Assembly (NCBI GenBank): GCA_963664705.1
Contig: OY761556.1
Coordinates: forward strand, 3,040,001-3,104,000
DNA: 64,000 bases
Origin: Acidobacteriota bacterium
GTDB lineage: Bacteria; Acidobacteriota; UBA6911
Reading direction: 5' to 3'
In this document: in pieces, positions 32,596-41,494 of the stretch
Numbering within the stretch: position 1 is the first letter of the stretch
Layout: the number at the start of each line of letters is the position of its first letter
The notes under the pieces: model-generated
The model's database searches: none
Seen by the model: the letters and a program-made list of their open reading frames with translations, nothing else
What the model was told of the DNA's origin: nothing
Made by a program: the position numbers and the translations under genes

Positions 32596-34509
32596 TCATG
32601 CCTTTGGCCCCAAAAAGCGAGTGTTATCAGGCGATCGTTTTGTAATACCAACCCTGTCCAGATAATCCAGAAGCGGCAGCGCATATTTGCGGGTTGCATC
32701 GATGAGATACTTAAACTGCACGCTTTCCATCCGCTTCTCTTTTTTAATGTGCTCTGTCACCAGTTCCCTTGCTTTTTCCACGGCTTCCGTGTGGAAGTAC
32801 ATATCTCCGGCTACTCGTATAAGGCGCCCATGCTCCGTAAGGAGACGCAGAGCCTCGGCTGCCTCTTTGGTGCCCAGCCCGCAAACTTGCATAACTTCTG
32901 CCCTATCGGGCGGGCTGAATATGCGTTGCAGGAATAGAGACTCCACATCCTGCAGACGTTTCTCTTCTGCAATGTCAAATCGAACGCTGTGCGATGCAAG
33001 AAGCACGCGATCTCCTGTTTTACGAATTTTGCCTCGGGATTCGAGTTCACTCAGCAGCCTTCGAATAACAGGTTTGGGCAGCTTGGATGTGGTTTGGCAG
33101 CTCTCGATTTCCAGCCCGGGGCTGGCCGGATCCTCCCGATGATATTTGGATATCTCTTCCAGCAGTTCCTGCGATAGTCTCTCGAAAGTGTCTGCGTGGA
33201 TAGTAAGGCTTTGCTCGAGGATCATTATCTTTGCGGAGTCGGCAAGCGACTGAACTATTCCCTCTGCGCAGCGTACTGTCTTCTTAATTCTTTGGGCGAT
33301 AGCCTTGATGGTTAATGCCTGGTCTGGGACCGTGCGGATAGCATATTCAGCGAACTCCGCATCGTCTCGCACGGCTTTAGCTCGACAATGCACATCTTCG
33401 AGTACGACGGGCCTGTTTCGTTTCAGCTTTCGTTCCAGCGCTTCGATGATCACTCCACCGCCGATAGTCTGAACGGGCGATAAGCTTCGCAAGATGAAGC
33501 GGTCCATCGGACCGGCCACGATAGGTTGGCTAAGTTGCACCTGCACAAGCGCGCGCTCCCCGCCACGAGAAACATCCCCTTCGAGCGTGTATACGGTTGC
33601 GGTATTCTCCGAAGTGCCGGTATGGAATTTCACCGAAGATCCGTTCTTGAGATACAGCCCATCGAGAGCCAGCATATTCAATTCGCACAAAAATAGATTG
33701 GCCGGAGTGAACCATCCTTCCACTGTAATGACATCCCCCCGGGAAATCGTATCCTGGTCCCATTGCGGCACATTAATCGCGGCACATTGTCCGCATTGCA
33801 CCCGATCCGACTGGGTCGCATAAACCTGAATTGCTTTTATCCTTCCGGTCGAAGCCTGAGGATAAATGATCACCTGTTCTCCCAAGCCGGCGGAACCACT
33901 GACAGGTATGCCGGATACGATCGTTCCATACCCTTTTACCGAGAAGGTGCGCTCGACGGGCAAACGGAATATGCCGTCTGTCTGTTTTGGCTTCAGGTTC
34001 TGAACCAAGTTCGCAAGTCCTTCATAAAACGGCTCGAATCCTTCTCCAGTAATGTTTGAAAAGGGAAAGATCGATGCGTTTTGTAGGAATGTCCCATGAA
34101 GGTAAGTGCGGATTTCCTGAGTAACGGTTTCGACACGCTCCGGAAGGACCTTGTCCACCTTGGTCAAAACGACAACGCCGTGCTGCACACCCAGCAGCGA
34201 CAGGATGTCCAGGTGCTCCCGTGTCTGCGGCATCACGCCATCATCGGCTGCAATAACAAAGATCACGGCATCGATCCCTGTAGCCCCAGCCACCATAGTC
34301 TTGACAAAGTTCTCATGCCCGGGAACATCTACAATCCCCACCTCGAGATCGGCGATTTTCCAGGGAGCAAAACCCAGCTCTATCGACATCCCCCTTTCTT
34401 TTTCTTCTTTCAACCGGTCGGTTTCGCACCCAGTCAGGTTCCCGACCAGGGCTGTTTTGCCATGATCGATATGGCCCGCGGTTCCAAGCGTAATGTTCTT
34501 TTGATTCAT
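32596..34509 (-). CDS. selB: selenocysteine-specific elongation factor SelB
   Basis: GTAGHIDHGKT, DVPGHE, C-terminal winged helix TRKYALPLLDYLD; follows selA. Confidence 0.97.
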   Translation of the reverse strand: MNQKNITLGTAGHIDHGKTALVGNLTGCETDRLKEEKERGMSIELGFAPWKIADLEVGIVDVPGHENFVKTMVAGATGIDAVIFVIAADDGVMPQTREHLDILSLLGVQHGVVVLTKVDKVLPERVETVTQEIRTYLHGTFLQNASIFPFSNITGEGFEPFYEGLANLVQNLKPKQTDGIFRLPVERTFSVKGYGTIVSGIPVSGSAGLGEQVIIYPQASTGRIKAIQVYATQSDRVQCGQCAAINVPQWDQDTISRGDVITVEGWFTPANLFLCELNMLALDGLYLKNGSSVKFHTGTSENTATVYTLEGDVSRGGERALVQVQLSQPIVAGPMDRFILRSLSPVQTIGGGVIIEALERKLKRNRPVVLEDVHCRAKAVRDDAEFAEYAIRTVPDQALTIKAIAQRIKKTVRCAEGIVQSLADSAKIMILEQSLTIHADTFERLSQELLEEISKYHREDPASPGLEIESCQTTSKLPKPVIRRLLSELESRGKIRKTGDRVLLASHSVRFDIAEEKRLQDVESLFLQRIFSPPDRAEVMQVCGLGTKEAAEALRLLTEHGRLIRVAGDMYFHTEAVEKARELVTEHIKKEKRMESVQFKYLIDATRKYALPLLDYLDRVGITKRSPDNTRFLGPKA

Positions 34510-34533
34510 AACTTTCCGATGCGGAATACAGCT

Positions 34534-35937
34534 TTATAAAATCTGACGTAAGGCTTCGATCACGATGGAATCTTCTCCCGGCAGGAGCGTCCTTGGATCA
34601 AATAACACTTGCTCGTTTTGAATCCTCGCAATGATGGGTATTCGGTGCTGGCGCAGCCTGAGAACCAGCGTCTGCGCGGATATTACTTTTGGAGTGATCA
34701 CCAGCAGTGTTGTTTGAAGGTTCTGGTCGGGCAGAGATCCACTGCCTGTCTGCGAAAATCCCTGAACTGTTTTGATTTCTGCCTGCGGTTGGGCCTCTCC
34801 AAGTTTGGCCGCCAATGTTTCAGCAGCAACCTGAAGATCTTCCGGTTTCCGAAGAATCATCTCGAGTGTGGGAAGTTTACGTTCAGCATTTTTTGAGTCG
34901 AGGAAAAGCCTGAGAGTCGCTTCCAGAGCTGCAAGAGTCAATTTGCCTACCCGCAGAATACGCGCAAACTGGTTTTTCCGGATCGCCGCTATTAAATCCG
35001 ATCTCCCAAGGATGATCCCTCCCTGCGAAGCGCCGATCAGCTTGTCAGCACTGCTGGTTATGAGGTCCGAGCCTGCCGCGATGGATTGTGGCAACGTCGG
35101 TTCCGGTTCAAAGCCATACCTCGACATATCTACCAGGGATCCCGCACCCACATCATCGATCAGAACGAGTTTATGTTTGTGGGCGATCTGTACCATCTCA
35201 TCGAGAGGCACCTCTGAGGTGAACCCGTGGATTTTGTAATTGCTGGGATGCACTCGAAGAAGCGCAGCCGTGTTTTCCGTAATTGCCCTCTCATAGTCCC
35301 TGGCATGCGTTTTGTTCGTGGTCCCGACTTCCACCATCCGGGCGCCGCTGAAGGCCATTACGTCCGGAAGCCTGAACTCTCCACCAATTTCGACGAGCTG
35401 GCCCCTGGACACAATCACCTCCTTACCCTTCGCGATTGTGTTGAGTACAATGGAGGTTGCGGCCGCGTTGTTGTTGACAACGGTAGCGGCCTGCGCGCCG
35501 GTAAGGCGGCAAAGAAGGGTCTCAACGCCTTCATCCCTGGATGATCTTTGGCCTGAACCTAAACCGATCTGGAGCCTGGAGTATCCGGCAAGTTCCTCCC
35601 TTATCTCCTCAAGAGCTTCCTTTGCGAGTACGGCCCGGCCCAGTGCCGTGTGCAAAATTATGCCTGTGGCGTTGATCACCTTTTGATAAAACGGCCGCTT
35701 CATTGAATTCAGGGCGCCGAGAGTCTGGCTGAGGATCTCCTTGGAAATATCGCTTTTGCTCTTGTCCTTATAAGCGCCCTTTTGGATTTTGGCTCGGACC
35801 TTTTCTTTGACCTCGCGCACGGTCAGGGTAATGATTTCGGGGTTGAACCCGATGCCTGCCGATTGCAGTTCCGCTGATTTGAGTATGACGTCAACAGAAG
35901 GAAGATTTCGCAGGGCTTGATTCTCCTGGTTTTTCAT
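34534..35937 (-). CDS. selA: L-seryl-tRNA(Sec) selenium transferase SelA
   Basis: LRNLPSVD, VINATGIILHT, VNNNAAA, SRGQLVEIGGEFRLP, SADKL (PLP Lys). Confidence 0.97.
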   Translation of the reverse strand: MKNQENQALRNLPSVDVILKSAELQSAGIGFNPEIITLTVREVKEKVRAKIQKGAYKDKSKSDISKEILSQTLGALNSMKRPFYQKVINATGIILHTALGRAVLAKEALEEIREELAGYSRLQIGLGSGQRSSRDEGVETLLCRLTGAQAATVVNNNAAATSIVLNTIAKGKEVIVSRGQLVEIGGEFRLPDVMAFSGARMVEVGTTNKTHARDYERAITENTAALLRVHPSNYKIHGFTSEVPLDEMVQIAHKHKLVLIDDVGAGSLVDMSRYGFEPEPTLPQSIAAGSDLITSSADKLIGASQGGIILGRSDLIAAIRKNQFARILRVGKLTLAALEATLRLFLDSKNAERKLPTLEMILRKPEDLQVAAETLAAKLGEAQPQAEIKTVQGFSQTGSGSLPDQNLQTTLLVITPKVISAQTLVLRLRQHRIPIIARIQNEQVLFDPRTLLPGEDSIVIEALRQIL

Positions 35938-36064
35938 AGGTCCCCATTCCGGAGTTAAACATCGCTCGAACCTGCGCTATGTCGCGCAACTTCTTACAAT
36001 CAGTAGTATGAGAATTGAAATCAGATAATGGGTAGACGGCGGACCGACGTTAGCGTTGGGACAC

Positions 36065-36112
36065 TCAGGTATATCCGGAGAAGGTATGGATAGATTGTGC
36101 AGACCCGATCAC
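36065..36112 (-). promoter_or_regulatory. leader peptide B, (M)IGSAQSIHTFSGYT-UGA, upstream of selAB
   Basis: GGAG SD 7 nt before GTG; ends TTC TCC GGA TAT ACC TGA; conserved arm at 36035-36050. Confidence 0.75.
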
Positions 36113-36139
36113 AAGCAGACTCCAATTAATGGTTATCGC

Positions 36140-36169
36140 ATTATCAATCCGACCTTGCCAAACCGTCAA
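36140..36169 (-). promoter_or_regulatory. sigma70-type promoter for leader B and selAB
   Basis: TTGACG-N18-GATAAT on the minus strand. Confidence 0.55.
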
Positions 36170-36520
36170 TAGTTTTTTCAAGGGAGCAATTTTGAAATTT
36201 GGTGCCTTTTGAGGTAAGCGGGGAATGGCGGCAAAGCGAAAGGAATTGCAAAAAGGACCGAAACAAATTATCGTGACGATTCGTTGATTGGACAAGAAAG
36301 TGAGTTTGCCTTGAAAACGGCAGTTTGGAAAACCTGGGAAGGCGGTTGAGTCGCGGCACACGATGCTCGTGGCGAGTTCGCTGGATGCCGGCCCGGGAGT
36401 GGCAATGCCGTAACTGCTTTTTGATTTCATTCCGTTCCATCTCTTAGGCTGCATCACATCCCATTCACAACCACAAAGATCAGCGCGGATTGGTTCCGCC
36501 TCAATTTGTTTCCTTGCCTA

Positions 36521-38143
36521 ATGAGATCTACTATGACGATCAATATTGAGCGACGAAGACGTGCAATGCAGCGTTCTGTTCGCCTGGGGCACTGTGTGTG
36601 CGACCCCGCAAAGCCCTGCCCCTGCGACCTGTTCAAGGAAAAAGACATTTGCCTCTGTGCCGGCGAGCGGTTGGAGGCTCCGGTCGGACCTGTCGCACTG
36701 ACGCAGTTGGTGGAGAAAGCCGGGTGCGCGTCTAAAATCGATCAAGCGTTTCTTAAGGCTACGCTTAATAATTTGCCCACCTTCGATGATCCGCATGTTT
36801 TGGTGGGAATGCCCGCGGGCGATGACGCCGGCGTGTACGAAATTGGAAATGGGATGGCGTTGGTGCAAACCGTGGATGTATTCACGCCTTCTGTAGACGA
36901 CCCATACCTATTTGGTCAGGTGGCAGCGGCTAATTCCCTCAGCGATGTTTATGCTATGGGTGGACGGCCGATCACCGCATTGTCAATTGTCGGATTTCCC
37001 GTGCGCAAGGTCCCGGACAGCGCCCTTCATGAAATAATGCGCGGCGGCATAGATAAAATGAAAGAAGCTGGGGTCCCGGTCATCGGCGGCCACAGTATCG
37101 ATGACGATCAGATAAAGGCAGGCTTTGCCGTAACCGGACTCATCCAAACCGATCAGGTAGCCACGAATGCTAATGCCCAGGTCGGTGACTTGCTAATTCT
37201 GACAAAGCCGCTGGGGACAGGAATTGTGGCCTTCGCCCGGCAAATCGGACGTGCCGAGGAAGAATCGGTAGCCGCTGCCGTGCAATCAATGACAACGCTC
37301 AATAAGGCAGCGGCAGAGCAAATGGCGGCGCACAATGTTCATTCTTGCACAGATGTCACCGGTTTCGGGCTTATGGGGCACTTGTCGGAAATGGCCTTGA
37401 GGAGCGGAGTTGATATTGAACTGCTCTGGGATAGTCTCCCCTGGTTCCCTGGTGTTTTGCAATATGTTGCCGATGGCATTCTTCCGGGAGCCATCGAGCG
37501 AAACAAAGAGTCGTGCGGAGACCGCGTATTTTCCGGCAGCGGGATCAGTGAACTTATGCTGGATATGTGCTTCGATGCTCAAACTTCGGGAGGGTTGCTC
37601 ATGGTGGTCGACCCGAAAAACTCGGAAACGCTTTTAAGCGCGCTACACCTCGCAGGCATCCCGGATGCATGTGTCATCGGCAACGTCCGGCAAAAAGGCG
37701 AAGGCCGCGTCTTTCTTGAAACCAATGGGAGAAGGAGATTACCTATGTCGAAAGATCAATCCAAACCCACTCCAACGCCGCAGGAATCCGCGTGCTGTAC
37801 GGAACAGGCCCAACAAGCTTCCTGCTGCAGCCCTGAAATCCAGACTGCCGGCTGTTGCTCCGGTGAGGCAGAATCAGCCGCCGAGTCGGGCGCGGAAGCA
37901 CTCTATGGGCAGTTTCTTTCCGCGGTAGGAAAGCCCGGAAGTCTGGATGCATTCACCAAACAGGCGATCAACATTGCGTTGGCGGTGGGGACCCGATGTG
38001 AACCCTGCCTAAAAGCCCACATTCAGAAGGCAAAACAAAACGGTTTCACACCGGCCGAGATAGATGAGGCCGCGTGGATGGGGGTGGGATTCGGAGGGTC
38101 GCCTGCTCTGATGATGTATACACGATTAAAAAATAGCAAATAG
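36521..38143 (+). CDS. selD: selenophosphate synthetase SelD with N-terminal Cys-rich extension and C-terminal AhpD/CMD-like domain
   Basis: AGCASKI, DDAGVY, QTVDVFTP, ANSLSDVYAMGG, TDVTGFGLMGH, DAQTSGGLL; C-terminal RCEPCLKAH. Confidence 0.95.
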   Translation: MRSTMTINIERRRRAMQRSVRLGHCVCDPAKPCPCDLFKEKDICLCAGERLEAPVGPVALTQLVEKAGCASKIDQAFLKATLNNLPTFDDPHVLVGMPAGDDAGVYEIGNGMALVQTVDVFTPSVDDPYLFGQVAAANSLSDVYAMGGRPITALSIVGFPVRKVPDSALHEIMRGGIDKMKEAGVPVIGGHSIDDDQIKAGFAVTGLIQTDQVATNANAQVGDLLILTKPLGTGIVAFARQIGRAEEESVAAAVQSMTTLNKAAAEQMAAHNVHSCTDVTGFGLMGHLSEMALRSGVDIELLWDSLPWFPGVLQYVADGILPGAIERNKESCGDRVFSGSGISELMLDMCFDAQTSGGLLMVVDPKNSETLLSALHLAGIPDACVIGNVRQKGEGRVFLETNGRRRLPMSKDQSKPTPTPQESACCTEQAQQASCCSPEIQTAGCCSGEAESAAESGAEALYGQFLSAVGKPGSLDAFTKQAINIALAVGTRCEPCLKAHIQKAKQNGFTPAEIDEAAWMGVGFGGSPALMMYTRLKNSK

Positions 38144-38177
38144 ATCGAGCAGGCAAACAAGTTGACCTAATTCACGC

Positions 38178-38207
38178 TTGACCTTGTATTGCAGGATGCC
38201 GTAAATT
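38178..38207 (+). promoter_or_regulatory. possible sigma70 promoter for tRNA-Sec
   Basis: TTGACC-N18-TAAATT, 7 nt before the tRNA 5' end. Confidence 0.45.
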
Positions 38208-38214
38208 CATCAGC

Positions 38215-38309
38215 GGAGGTGACGGGGGCCCGGTGGCTCCCGCGGTCTTCAAAACCGTTGAGCCGCCTTTAAAGCGGCAGGTGGGTTCAACTCCCATTCG
38301 CCTCCGCCA
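38215..38309 (+). tRNA. selC: tRNA-Sec (anticodon UCA)
   Basis: 95 nt; 8-bp acceptor stem GGAGGTGA/TCGCCTCC; loop CTTCAAA with TCA at 38249-38251; long variable arm; GCCA end. Confidence 0.97.
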
Positions 38310-38341
38310 CTACCCTTTGCTTCACTCCTTATCTCCGCCAA

Positions 38342-39091
38342 TTATCTTGTTGCCCGCAAATATACTCCCTCGGTGTACCTGGATGTGGTGTATCCGGTTT
38401 TGCCGAGAATCTTAGCCGAACGAAATCCGGCTTCGCCTAGTTTCGCCAGGTAGTCCCCACCCGGCAACGCTCCGGCGATTCAGGTCGACCAGGCATCCAT
38501 GCTCGCCAATGTCTCTTCTGGAATGCTTTCTACCACCACAAGATCGGCGGCCACAAAATTTCCGTCCGGACGTAACACCCGAGCGATCTCCCTAAAGGCT
38601 TTATCCTTATCAGGGACCAGGTTTAGAACACCGTTTGAAATCACGAAATCGAATGACGCATTTTCAAAAGGCAATTCTTCAGCCGATCCCTCTTGGAAAC
38701 GAAGGTTTTGCATAGCGGTTTCCGCCCGGGCTTTGCAGGCCCAATCGAGCATTTCGGCCGTAAAATCAATGCCGAAAACCAGTCCCTCCGGCCCCGCCAG
38801 GAGCGCTGAGACAAAAGAGTCAAGACCACAGCCACAGCCGATATCAAGGACTCGCTCTCCTTTACGCACGGAACGGATGCTGAATGGATTCCCCACTCCG
38901 ACGAATCTATCCACGACATCCTTCGGAATAGTACGGATCAACTCACGAGGGTATCCAAGCCGTTCCAAGCTCTCTTGTCCGACAGGATAGGGGAACAGAC
39001 CTTCCGCCTTATGCGAAACACCTCGGTATTTGCTCTTTATGGCAGACTGCAGTCGTTCTTTCCAATTGTCAGCGAAACAATTATCCGTCAC
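38342..39091 (-). CDS. ArsM (arsenite methyltransferase)-like SAM-dependent methyltransferase, selenoprotein (Sec204, UGA at 38480-38482)
   Basis: GVGNP, VLDIGCGCGLD, SNGVLNLVPDK; W-S-T-U-IAGAL matches the ArsM WxxCIAGA motif; frame continues 45 codons to TAA; 11-bp SECIS-like stem TTGCCGGGTGG-GGA-CTACCTGGCGA starts 12 nt after the UGA. Confidence 0.88.
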
Positions 39092-39195
39092 TTAACAGGC
39101 GCTCCCGTGTTGGTTTTCACCCTATAATTCCATTACTGCCTCTAATTGTAGAATCGCTCATGCTATGATAATAATGATTTTGTTGGACAGATACG

Positions 39196-39210
39196 ATGCA
39201 GATTTCGCAT
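39196..39210. promoter_or_regulatory. LysR recognition box ATGC-N7-GCAT
   Basis: perfect T-N11-A dyad overlapping the LysR start, about 65 nt upstream of the start site implied by a TACAAT -10 (39145-39150, minus strand) of the divergent methyltransferase. Confidence 0.55.
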
Positions 39211-40131
39211 AGAATAATTTCCCAACTGAATTTTCAACACTTGCGCACATTCCAGATATTGGCACGCCTTGAGAACTTCTCCAGAACAGGCGATCAAGTC
39301 GGACTATCGCAATCAGCCGTTTCAAGGCACATCAGTGCGTTGGAAGAGGCATTGGGGCTACGGCTATTTGAACGTATCGGACGGCGCGCAATATTGACCT
39401 CGGCCGGAAGAATTTTGCGAGAACGAATTGAGACGCTTATGCGAGAAGCCGATGCTCTGCCGAACATTCTTAAAGATTTGGCAGAAGGGATACAGGGCGA
39501 TCTCAGGATTGGCGCCTGCATTACCGCCGCAAATGCCATTCTTCCGCAAGCTCTCGGGTTGTACAGGCATCAGTACCCACACATCGGGCTTTCACTTCAA
39601 CCGGGCAATAGTTCTGATATTATCGAATGCCTTCGACGGGGTGAGATCGATCTTGCATTTGTTGCCTCGGACAGGTTGCCTTCCGATGTTAAAACTCTGG
39701 CGGAAATTGCGGATGATCTGATTTTATTCGCCTCGCCGGATCACCCAATCTCGATCAAGCGTAACATTGAAGCGAATGATCTCGCTGATTGCGACTTTAT
39801 CCAGCGAGAGGCTCCATCAGACACACACTCGATGGTCACGCGTTGGCTAGAAGCGAAAGGAATTCAGTTGCGAAATCTGATGGATGTGTGGTGACCGGAC
39901 ACTATCAGGCGCCTGGTAGGCGCTGGGTTGGGAATATCTGCACTGTCCCGCCGATTAATTGCGGACGAACTCCTGAAGAGAACTCTTAAGGAGTTGCGAG
40001 TCAAAGGATGGCCGCTGTCCAGGAAAATTCGAATTGCTGTTATGAAGGAGTATTTTTTGTCCAGGGCAACGAAGCAGTTCCTTCAGTTGCTGCGACACAA
40101 GGTCCCGGAGGGACGGTTCTTTGATGCCTAA
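39196..40131 (+). CDS. LysR-type transcriptional regulator with in-frame UGA (candidate Sec233 at 39892-39894)
   Basis: HTH motif LSQSAVSRHISALEEALGLRLFER; read-through gives MDVW-U-PDTIRRLVGAGLGISALS and a typical 311 aa length; hairpin CAGGCGCCT-GGT-AGGCGCTG with its loop 20 nt after the UGA. Confidence 0.85.
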
Positions 40132-40212
40132 TACAGGGAACTCCGACGTCTCAATGGCGAGCCGAAAGAAACCGCAATCTGTTCCGCCAAGCAGTACGTA
40201 GCCGCTTCATGC

Positions 40213-40239
40213 GGCGGGCTTGATCAAACCAAGCCCGCC
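40213..40239. terminator. hairpin between convergent genes
   Basis: GGCGGGCTTG-N7-CAAGCCCGCC, 10-bp stem. Confidence 0.6.
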
Positions 40240-40252
40240 ACACAGTTGTCAC

Positions 40253-41350
40253 TTACTTCTTCTTTTCCGCCCCTCTCTTTCCGCCCAGGTTGAACTGAAC
40301 ACCCAATTGCAGGCTGGTTTTTGCAAAATCTGCAGCTCTTTGGGTATTGGTGAAATCCAACCCGACATATTGATGAAGGCGAACAGGAACAGTGAGGTAG
40401 TAGGTCGCGAACCCCGCATCCCAAGCTATTCCCGGGGAAAGCGAAACCATGTACCCTGGCTGACGGTATCCAGATGTGGCGGTTAAAACGTTATAAACCG
40501 GAACACCAGCAACCTGGCTGCCGACAGACAACGAAAAGCGCTTGAAATGTGGAACAGCCGTGGATATGCCGCCGCTAAACTGGTAGGAATCCGGAGCGGT
40601 CAGATAGCGTACATTTTCCGCAACTGCCTGCGGACCGGCCGGGTTTACGGCCGCACCGAACGCGATGGTGTCGTTTTGCTTTTTGAGACTGAATAGGTAA
40701 AGCCCGCTTCCATAGACGCTGAATCGCCCTATCGAGCGGAACCCTTGAGCAGACAGCCTCAAGCCTAAAGCACCACTGCCAGGCTGAACAGCAGGATACA
40801 CGGGACGATTGATAATATTTGCCCCTTTGGAGTCGGGATAGGGGACCTGATAATTGGACTCCCCGGTTGGCAACCGAAGTCCCAAACCAACACTGATGTT
40901 CTGTTTGGTATTTTTTTCAGGATTCAGCAACCACATCCGGCCGCCAATGACGGCATCGCCGAAACCGTGCACGTGCTGATAATAGCGAGTGCCTGCGACT
41001 ACATTGCTCCAATAAGACCAGAGAACATAGGGAACTTCGGCGGTAAGGTTGATCCTGCGGGAGAGGCCATAGGCTCCCTGTAGATTCAGTGTGTCGCCTC
41101 CCTCCCACACCGAATTTGTCGATATGACGTCGTACCCACGAAACGTCTCATCGGTCGCAAATCGACCCCAATAGCTATTCAACTGAAACTGGCCCTTTTG
41201 CAGGTACGGGCCCATCATGCCGCCACGCATGGGCGACATACTCTTGGACAAAATTCAACCACAGCCCTGCGAGAATGCAGACTGAGGTATGAGTAGAGCG
41301 AGGCCGATTACCATCGGTAACAGCCAGCTCAAGTAATCACACTTCCTCAT
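40253..41350 (-). CDS. exported beta-barrel protein, paralog 1, candidate selenoprotein (signal peptide, then QG-C-G-U; UGA at 41255-41257)
   Basis: AAGGA SD; MRKCDYLSWLLPMVIGLALLIPQSAFS/QGCG-UGA-ILSK in frame with the 332 aa ORF; GFGD...LRLPTG barrel motif; hairpin ATGTCGCC-CATGCGT-GGCGGCAT after the UGA. Confidence 0.85.
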
Positions 41351-41388
41351 CGAAACATTCCTTTCTAGCATAGTTTTCTCTATTGCAC

Positions 41389-41403
41389 ACAAGCAACGTG
41401 CCA
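41389..41403 (-). promoter_or_regulatory. possible sigma54 -24/-12 promoter
   Basis: TGGCAC-N5-TTGT, one mismatch to TTGC. Confidence 0.3.
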
Positions 41404-41494
41404 CATTGTGGTCGAATGAGTCCTTCGCATGCAAATATATTTGAATATTATAATAATGAGAAATACGGATAAGATCTCAGGTAAGGCGGACTGG

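Noticed and set aside
8284-32598. Other ORFs ending in TGA (MCP, histidine kinase, STAS, RACE, MTs, corrinoid protein, SelB) as read-through candidates
   Set aside because: The proteins are already full length and several stops overlap the next start codon; no conserved continuation is evident.
35972-36002. TGA followed by a TGCGC-GACATA-GCGCA hairpin in the selA 5' region, a possible E. coli-like SECIS element
   Set aside because: The TGA is not in any ORF with a start and the stem is short; leader B explains the region better.
36144-36457. 98-aa and 130-aa minus-strand ORFs between selA and selD
   Set aside because: No recognisable motifs and they span the promoter; only the last 15 codons of the 130-aa ORF (leader B) are supported.
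36715-36740. Possible Sec in SelD
   Set aside because: The catalytic codon is TGC (Cys); there is no in-frame UGA.
41476-41492. TCCGCCTTACCTGA (minus strand), partial match to the leader core
   Set aside because: One base short, no start codon after the upstream gene's stop, and no GGTnCGyCGT arm.
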